This document shows, piece by piece, positions 1-3,585 of a stretch of 5,555 nucleotides of DNA. Both the position numbers and the translations under genes were made by a program. This DNA comes from a virus, in IMG/VR virus record IMGVR_UViG_3300045988_012393, positions 1 through 5,555 of that record. One strand, written 5' to 3'. The notes under the pieces were generated by a model. It searched no databases. It was not told where the DNA came from and saw nothing but the letters and a program-made list of their open reading frames with translations. Every line of letters starts with the position of its first letter. Position 1 is the first letter of the stretch.

Positions 1-33
1 AAGAAGATGAGCAAAGCCAAAGGCGTATTTTGA
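1..33 (+). CDS. VP4: 3' end of the replication-initiator gene (last 10 codons KKMSKAKGVF plus TGA), a duplicate of 5479-5511
   Basis: Identical to the end of the 4492-5511 ORF and in the same frame, with TGA at 31-33. It is a partial copy present only because of the wrap-around. Confidence 0.85.
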   Translation, partial: KKMSKAKGVF

Positions 34-77
34 CACTTTGGTGTCACTCAGCCAAGTAACTATCAAGTATAGACTTG
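1..77. repeat. Terminal redundancy: exact copy of 5479-5555 (wrap-around of a circular genome)
   Basis: Base-by-base comparison: aagaagatgagcaaagccaaaggcgtattttgacactttggtgtcactcagccaagtaactatcaagtatagacttg occurs at both window ends. This implies a 5,478-nt circle. Confidence 0.97.
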
Positions 78-95
78 GCTGAGTGTTTTTTATTT
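45..95 (+). terminator. Rho-independent-type terminator downstream of Rep
   Basis: An 11-bp perfect stem pairs 47-57 (ctcagccaagt) with 73-83 (acttggctgag), extendable by a46-t84 and c45-g85. An inner 4-bp stem pairs 60-63 with 69-72 after a 2-nt bulge, leaving a 5-nt loop. The structure is followed by a T-run at 86-91 and ttt at 93-95. A separate 6-bp hairpin (31-36/41-46) contains the Rep stop codon. Confidence 0.75.
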
Positions 96-102
96 CATAT
101 TG

Positions 103-143
103 ACATATGCACGCGCGCACGTAATCGCGCACACGCGCACATG
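103..143. repeat. Two alternating purine/pyrimidine (CG/CA-type) tracts with Z-DNA-forming potential
   Basis: 103-123 (acatatgcacgcgcgcacgta, 21 nt) and 126-143 (cgcgcacacgcgcacatg, 18 nt) alternate R/Y strictly and are separated by 2 nt. CGCGCAC occurs three times (114-120, 126-132, 134-140). Confidence 0.8.
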
Positions 144-185
144 ATATTATTATTATTTTTATTATTTGTTGTAGTCGTAGTAGTA
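144..185. repeat. Pure A/T run followed by trinucleotide-periodic tracts (TTA/TTT then GTA/GTC); putative DNA-unwinding element
   Basis: 144-167 contains only A and T (24 nt), read as tta tta tta ttt tta tta ttt. 171-185 reads gta gtc gta gta gta. The DUE role is inferred only from position next to the iterons and DnaA boxes. Confidence 0.45.
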
Positions 186-190
186 GGGAG

Positions 191-205
191 TGTTGAAATG
201 TTGAA
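191..205 (+). repeat. Iteron pair 1: TGTTGAA at 191-197 and 199-205
   Basis: Direct tandem copies 8 nt apart. The same 7-mer recurs in pairs at 276-290 and 340-355. Confidence 0.8.
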
Positions 206-261
206 TACTATGAATTTTTATCCTTGGAACGATATTTTTTGGATTATTTTAATGTTGATAC

Positions 262-294
262 TTTTGTGGATAACTTGTTGAATTGTTGAAAGTG
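262..294 (+). repeat. Copy A of an imperfect ~33-nt direct repeat (DnaA box plus iteron pair 2 at 276-282 and 284-290)
   Basis: ttttgtggaTaacTtgttgaa-Ttgttgaaagtg aligns with 326-359, with about 4 mismatches and 1 indel. Confidence 0.85.
265..273 (-). promoter_or_regulatory. Perfect consensus DnaA box (TTATCCACA on the minus strand)
   Basis: The + strand reads tgtggataa at 265-273, the exact reverse complement of the 9-mer DnaA box consensus TTATCCACA. Confidence 0.5.
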
Positions 295-302
295 TAGCAA
301 TA

Positions 303-322
303 TGCACAAAACCATTTGTGCA
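303..322. other. 8-bp perfect hairpin/palindrome centred between the two 33-nt repeats
   Basis: tgcacaaa (303-310), loop acca, tttgtgca (315-322). Its core ACAAAACCATTT (306-317) recurs exactly at 552-563. Confidence 0.7.
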
Positions 323-325
323 ACT

Positions 326-359
326 TTTTGTGGAAAACCTGTTGAAAGTGTTGAAAGCG
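326..359 (+). repeat. Copy B of the imperfect ~33-nt direct repeat (DnaA-like box plus iteron pair 3 at 340-346 and 349-355)
   Basis: ttttgtggaAaacCtgttgaaaGtgttgaaagcg. TGTTGAAAG is perfectly tandem at 340-348 and 349-357, followed by a degenerate third unit cgttaaaaa. Confidence 0.85.
329..337 (-). promoter_or_regulatory. DnaA-box-like site (TTTTCCACA, fits the relaxed TTWTNCACA consensus)
   Basis: The + strand reads tgtggaaaa at 329-337, at the equivalent position in repeat copy B. Confidence 0.4.
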
Positions 360-408
360 TTAAAAACTGTGATTAAAGGCAGTCCGGCGAGCGAACCAAA
401 AAAGTCAC

Positions 409-463
409 GCCATGCTCTTCGTACGGCGCACCGCGCCTACCGCATGACATTCAAATGCATGGC
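409..463 (+). other. GC-rich structured element (outer 7-bp helix enclosing an 8-bp bulged hairpin); candidate ssDNA initiation signal or small structured RNA
   Basis: gccatgc (409-415) pairs with gcatggc (457-463). Inside, gta-c-ggcgc (421-429), loop acc, gcgcc-tac (433-440). An alternative helix pairs 404-410 with 442-448 (6 of 7). This is a GC island inside an otherwise AT-rich spacer. Confidence 0.4.
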
Positions 464-489
464 ACAGCTAAACTTTTTTCAAAAACCTC

Positions 490-518
490 TTGACAAACCC
501 TCTTTTTTATGATACAAA
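490..518 (+). promoter_or_regulatory. Candidate sigma70-type promoter for the gene array
   Basis: A perfect TTGACA lies at 490-495, followed by a 17-nt spacer and TACAAA at 513-518, preceded by TG at 510-511 (extended -10 form TGaTACAAA). It sits about 80 nt upstream of the first SD. The -10 lacks the final T. Confidence 0.4.
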
Positions 519-597
519 AAGAATAGTTAAACAGCACAGAAGTGCTATTTTACAAAACCATTTATACAAAATAACTTTTAGAAAGAGGTGAACCGCT

Positions 598-720
598 CTG
601 ACTCTCAAAGAAATTGACGCGCTGTTTAACAACATCCGCAAGATCTTGGCCATGCTGGACAAGATTTATCACATGTTGGAGGAAAAGGACAACAGATTCC
701 AGACCTTCAACGGAGACTGA
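598..720 (+). CDS. Hypothetical 40-aa helical peptide with a non-canonical CTG start
   Basis: The strongest SD in the window (aaagaggtga, 582-591) has CTG at 598 as the only near-cognate codon at correct spacing. The frame reads (M)TLKEIDALFNNIRKILAMLDKIYHMLEEKDNRFQTFNGD, with TGA at 718-720 abutting the next gene's SD. The sequence looks protein-like, unlike the overlapping 614 frame. Confidence 0.35.
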   Translation: MTLKEIDALFNNIRKILAMLDKIYHMLEEKDNRFQTFNGD

Positions 721-730
721 GAGGCTGAAA

Positions 731-952
731 ATGAAAACATGCAACGTAAGAGACCAGACCGATACGAACCTAATGAAGGAATTGACCCAAACCTACAAGG
801 GAATCGAGAGCGCATACAAGCTGCTACGACAGGCCGAAAAGTACGACGACGCAAAATTTTACCTTGACATGATATTCCGCAAAAAAGCAAAAGCAACAGA
901 AATCGAAGTGGAAATCCTCAGAAGGGAGGTCAACCATGGGAAAGAGGAGTAA
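731..952 (+). CDS. Hypothetical protein, 73 aa (no family recognised)
   Basis: ATG at 731 is preceded by GAGG (721-724) at 6-nt spacing. The product is charged and helical-looking: MKTCNVRDQTDTNLMKELTQTYKGIESAYKLLRQAEKYDDAKFYLDMIFRKKAKATEIEVEILRREVNHGKEE. The TTG-614 extension of this ORF looks non-coding. Confidence 0.55.
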   Translation: MKTCNVRDQTDTNLMKELTQTYKGIESAYKLLRQAEKYDDAKFYLDMIFRKKAKATEIEVEILRREVNHGKEE

Positions 953-1055
953 AGTCCGCAAATCCAAGGACGCAAAAATTTACAACAAGACCGCACGAAA
1001 AACCAAGGCCATCAACCTTGGGAGCGGCGCAATGAGAGGGGGAATCCGCCTGTGA
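936..1055 (+). CDS. Small highly basic DNA-binding/packaging protein (phiX174 J / gokushovirus ORF8-VP8 analogue), 39 aa
   Basis: GGGAGG (924-929) lies 6 nt before ATG 936. The product MGKRSKVRKSKDAKIYNKTARKTKAINLGSGAMRGGIRL has 13 K/R in 39 aa. The C-terminal MRGGIRL resembles the ...MRGGIRF ending I recall for chlamydiaphage ORF8. It overlaps the upstream ORF by 17 nt. Confidence 0.75.
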   Translation: MGKRSKVRKSKDAKIYNKTARKTKAINLGSGAMRGGIRL

Positions 1056-1150
1056 GCGCTGTATTCGCAAGCATGACAATGGCATTTCTCGCAGCGGGGT
1101 TCTACCTCGTCATTAACGCAATCAACATCATCAAAGACTGGTTCAAATAA
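1052..1150 (+). CDS. Hypothetical 32-aa hydrophobic (single transmembrane-like) peptide
   Basis: GTG 1052 overlaps the upstream stop as GTGA (1052-1055), and a purine-rich gagaggggga lies at 1034-1043. The product is (M)SAVFASMTMAFLAAGFYLVINAINIIKDWFK. Its stop at 1148-1150 overlaps the SD of the next gene. An alternative ATG at 1073 gives 25 aa. Confidence 0.45.
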   Translation: MSAVFASMTMAFLAAGFYLVINAINIIKDWFK

Positions 1151-1160
1151 GGAGAAAAAC

Positions 1161-1397
1161 ATGAACGTATACGGAATTTTCGATAGCTGTGTGATGGGCT
1201 ACATCACCATCTTCACCGAACGAGAAGACAAAGTGGCGGAGCGAAATTTTAAGATTGCGCTCACCGACGAACACAACATGATGAGCAAGACGCCGAGCGA
1301 CTACCGGCTGGTCAGACTGGCGAAATTCGACGAAAAGACCGGCCTGTTCGAAAACGAAAAGGAGAACATCTTTGATGGCATATCGCTCAGTAAGTAA
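1161..1397 (+). CDS. VP5: VP5-like small non-structural protein (microvirus ORF5 family), 78 aa
   Basis: AAGGAG (1149-1154) lies 6 nt before the ATG. The pattern YGIFDS...Y...F......A.R.F......N.M.K.P.DY.L..L..FDE.TG matches the conserved small gokushovirus protein as I remember it. Confidence 0.7.
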   Translation: MNVYGIFDSCVMGYITIFTEREDKVAERNFKIALTDEHNMMSKTPSDYRLVRLAKFDEKTGLFENEKENIFDGISLSK

Positions 1398-1860
1398 CTG
1401 GCGGCAGACCGCCACAGCAAAGCCGACCGAGGCCGGGGAAAGCGTAAGGCGCACGTACCTCTGGGAACGCAATGAAAAAGGCGAAAAGGTGCTGAGACTC
1501 GACCAGACCATTGACCAGCAAGCCGAGATAGACAGCTACCTCGAAGAAACCAAACTGGAAAACATCATCCGACGATCAAGCATCGACCCGGACATTGCAG
1601 CACGCATCAGGCCAGACATCGGTGGCGGCATCCAAGACTTTACCGAAGCACCGCAGAATCTGGCCGAACTCCAGAACATCATGATCCGAGCAGAGCAAAT
1701 CTGGGACGAGGTGCCGAAAGAAATCAAGCTCAAGTTTGACAACGACGTGGACAAATTCATCTCAAGTTTTGGAACTGTCGAATGGGCCAAAAATCTGGGC
1801 ATCTACCAAGAAAAACAGGTCGAAACCGAAGCAACTGAGGCAACGGAGGCCAAAGAATGA
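1375..1860 (+). CDS. VP3: VP3-like internal scaffolding protein, 161 aa from ATG 1375 (TTG 1372 is an alternative start)
   Basis: AAGGAG (1359-1364) lies upstream. The C-terminal block FTEAPQNLAELQNIMIRAEQIWDEVPKEIKLKFDNDVDKFISSF and the central ...EIDSYLEETKLENIIRR... fit the gokushovirus VP3 scaffold pattern. The stop overlaps the VP1 start as ATGA. Confidence 0.8.
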   Translation: MAYRSVSNWRQTATAKPTEAGESVRRTYLWERNEKGEKVLRLDQTIDQQAEIDSYLEETKLENIIRRSSIDPDIAARIRPDIGGGIQDFTEAPQNLAELQNIMIRAEQIWDEVPKEIKLKFDNDVDKFISSFGTVEWAKNLGIYQEKQVETEATEATEAKE

Positions 1861-3557
1861 ACAGAAACAAAGACGCAGGATTCAATCAGGTACCGCGCCT
1901 GGACATCACGCGAAGTCGATTCAAGCGGAGACAGGACGTCAAATTAACGCTGAACGCAGGACAGCTTATCCCGTTTTACGTGGACGAAGTACTTCCGGGC
2001 GACACCTTCAGCATTGACCAAGCGGCAATTATCCGCATGACGACGCCTATTTTCCCGGTTATGGATAACTGTCACATGGACATTTATTATTTTAATGTCC
2101 CATGTCGAATCCTTTGGAAAAACTTCAAACGGTTTATGGGCGAAAACGATACGGGGCCGTGGGCACAGACTCAGGAATACACCATTCCACAGGTCAAAGT
2201 AACCGGCACCGCAGAAAAGCCGGCACCTTATGAGGGCAGCATCCTTGACTACATGGGCATTCCAACCAAGGTAAGCAAGGGAGCAGACACGGCGTTCACC
2301 GTCAACGCACTGCCCATGCGAGCATATGCTATGATATGGCAGGAGTGGTTCAGAGACCAAAACGTGGATAATCCGGCCATCAACAGCGATGCAGACGCGA
2401 CCGTAAACTATACGGATGATGAAACCAAAGGCATGGACGCAGCAACACCGGATTTGGAATATATTCTTCAGAACGCATACACAGGCGGCAGACCTTTGCC
2501 GGTCAACAAATACCACGACTACTTTACATCAGCGCTGCCGAATCCGCAAAAAGCAGGACAGCCGGTTACAATTCCGCTAGGCGGAAATGCTAGCATTAAA
2601 CCATATGAAAACAACCTTAAAACGTTAAACCCGGATGACATTTTCTTCAGACAAAACAGCAGCAGCGCATCAAACCCATACCCGAAATCGGGTATCCAAT
2701 ATGAAGAAAACATTGGAACCTACACAATATCGGGTCCAACACAACCAACCGGTAGTGATGTAACAACCCATTATCTCATGGCAGACCTTAGCAGCGTAAA
2801 CGCAACGACCATCAACCAACTCCGACAGGCGTTTCAGGTTCAGAAATATTACGAAGAGCTGGCACGAGGCGGCAGCCGCTACCGTGAGATGATCTACTCG
2901 CTTTTCCACACCAAGATAAGCGATAAAACCGTACAGATTCCGGAGTATCTGGGCGGTACGCGTATCACCATCAATATGAGTCAGGTCATCCAGACCAGCG
3001 GCACAACCGCCGAAAGTCCGCAGGGCAACACCGCAGCCGTAAGCGTTACGCCGTACAACGGCAGTATGTTCACGAAGAGCTTTGAAGAGCACGGCTTTGT
3101 TATCGGAGTGTGCTGCATCAGGCATGACCACACGTATCAACAGGGACTCGAAAGGATGTGGAGTCGGAAAACCAATCTGGATTTCTATTACCCGGTCTTC
3201 GCAAATCTGGGAGAGCAAGCAATTTTGAAAAAGGAATTGTATCTGACCGGCACGGAATCCGACGAACAGGCGTTCGGGTATCAGGAGGCGTGGGCAGAAT
3301 ACCGAATGAAGCCGAACAGAATCAGCGGAAAATTCCGGAGCAACGCAACGGGAACGCTGGACAGTTGGCACTACGGCGACAACTACACGACGACGCCAAG
3401 CCTAAGTCAAGCATGGATGAAAGAGGGAGACTCCGAAATTCAGAGGACTCTGGCAGTGGACAACGAACCTCAGTTTATCATGGACACCATCATCGACAAC
3501 ACCAGCGTCAGACCGATGCCCATGTACAGCATTCCGGGACTCGTTGACCATCACTAA
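1857..3557 (+). CDS. VP1: Major capsid protein VP1 (Microviridae F-type jelly roll), 566 aa
   Basis: GGAGG (1845-1849) lies 7 nt upstream. The signature blocks are present: RSRFKRRQDVKLTLNAGQLIPFYVDEVLPGDTF, PIFPVMDN, DYFTSALPNPQK, TINQLRQAFQVQKYYEELARGGSRYREMIYSLF and IPEYLGG. Confidence 0.97.
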   Translation: MNRNKDAGFNQVPRLDITRSRFKRRQDVKLTLNAGQLIPFYVDEVLPGDTFSIDQAAIIRMTTPIFPVMDNCHMDIYYFNVPCRILWKNFKRFMGENDTGPWAQTQEYTIPQVKVTGTAEKPAPYEGSILDYMGIPTKVSKGADTAFTVNALPMRAYAMIWQEWFRDQNVDNPAINSDADATVNYTDDETKGMDAATPDLEYILQNAYTGGRPLPVNKYHDYFTSALPNPQKAGQPVTIPLGGNASIKPYENNLKTLNPDDIFFRQNSSSASNPYPKSGIQYEENIGTYTISGPTQPTGSDVTTHYLMADLSSVNATTINQLRQAFQVQKYYEELARGGSRYREMIYSLFHTKISDKTVQIPEYLGGTRITINMSQVIQTSGTTAESPQGNTAAVSVTPYNGSMFTKSFEEHGFVIGVCCIRHDHTYQQGLERMWSRKTNLDFYYPVFANLGEQAILKKELYLTGTESDEQAFGYQEAWAEYRMKPNRISGKFRSNATGTLDSWHYGDNYTTTPSLSQAWMKEGDSEIQRTLAVDNEPQFIMDTIIDNTSVRPMPMYSIPGLVDHH

Positions 3558-3572
3558 ATGACCATCACTAAA
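3545..3572 (+). repeat. Perfect 14-nt tandem duplication (tgaccatcactaaa x2) spanning the VP1 stop codon
   Basis: 3545-3558 equals 3559-3572. The first copy encodes the last VP1 codons (DHH) plus TAA at 3555-3557. Confidence 0.95.
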
Positions 3573-3585
3573 CAAGAAAGGGGGA

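Larger units (their letters stand above)
96..597. promoter_or_regulatory. Large non-coding control region (candidate replication and transcription control)
   Basis: No ORF here has a plausible start plus SD. The composition is opposite to the genes, being T/G-rich and C-poor. The region is dense in repeats, hairpins and consensus-like binding motifs, listed separately below. Confidence 0.7.

Noticed and set aside
1-77. Terminal repeat as a genuine direct terminal repeat or att site
   Set aside because: Microviridae genomes are circular ssDNA, and the repeat cuts through the Rep ORF and the terminator hairpin. It is best explained as circular-assembly overlap.
100-128. Perfect TTGACA at 100-105 as a promoter -35
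   Set aside because: There is no acceptable -10 at 16-18 nt spacing (taatcg or aatcgc, 2 of 6 matches). It is more likely a chance hexamer at the start of the Pu/Py tract.
75-281. 68-aa ORF from the track (TTG start)
   Set aside because: The TTG lies in the descending arm of the terminator stem and there is no SD. The reading frame crosses the Pu/Py tracts, the pure A/T run, the iterons and a DnaA box. Its hydrophobicity is what T-rich DNA gives by default. Only the ATG-141 sub-ORF is kept, as a low-interest hypothesis.
318-512. 64-aa ORF from the track (GTG start) in the non-coding region
   Set aside because: It has no SD or ATG. Its N-terminal helix-like sequence is simply the translated TGTTGAAAG repeats, and it runs through the GC-rich hairpins and the candidate -35 element. 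A 24-codon ATG-302 frame is equally unsupported.
533-546. Small hairpin agcac-agaa-gtgct followed by atttt in the putative leader
   Set aside because: The stem is only 5 bp and competing pairings exist (aatag 522-526 with ctatt 545-549). It is too weak to call a terminator or riboregulator.
614-730. N-terminal extension (TTG 614) of the 112-aa ORF
   Set aside because: The extension translates to a C/W/R/T-rich sequence that does not look like protein (TRCLTTSARSWPCWTRFITCWRKRTT...) and has no SD. The overlapping frame-1 sequence and the SD-preceded ATG 731 are better supported. A frameshift or indel fusion remains possible and is noted in the findings.
867-876. Second copy of ACATGATATT (also at 139-148) as a second origin or nick site
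   Set aside because: Exact 10-mer pairs are expected several times by chance in a 5.5-kb genome. This copy lies inside a coding frame without flanking structure.
1736-2017. 93-aa alternative-frame + ORF across the VP3/VP1 junction
   Set aside because: It has a TTG start without an SD. The K/R/Q-rich low-complexity product is typical of an off-frame reading of A/C-rich DNA. An embedded gene of the phiX174 type cannot be excluded without comparative data, but nothing supports one.
2321-2330. 10-bp perfect palindrome AGCATATGCT inside VP1
   Set aside because: Palindromes of this length are expected a few times by chance in 5.5 kb, and there is no flanking signal.
3158-3547. 129-aa alternative-frame + ORF inside VP1
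   Set aside because: The GTG start is only 1 nt from an aagga, which is the wrong spacing. The R/G/H/Q-rich product shows no motif. It is likely an off-frame artefact.
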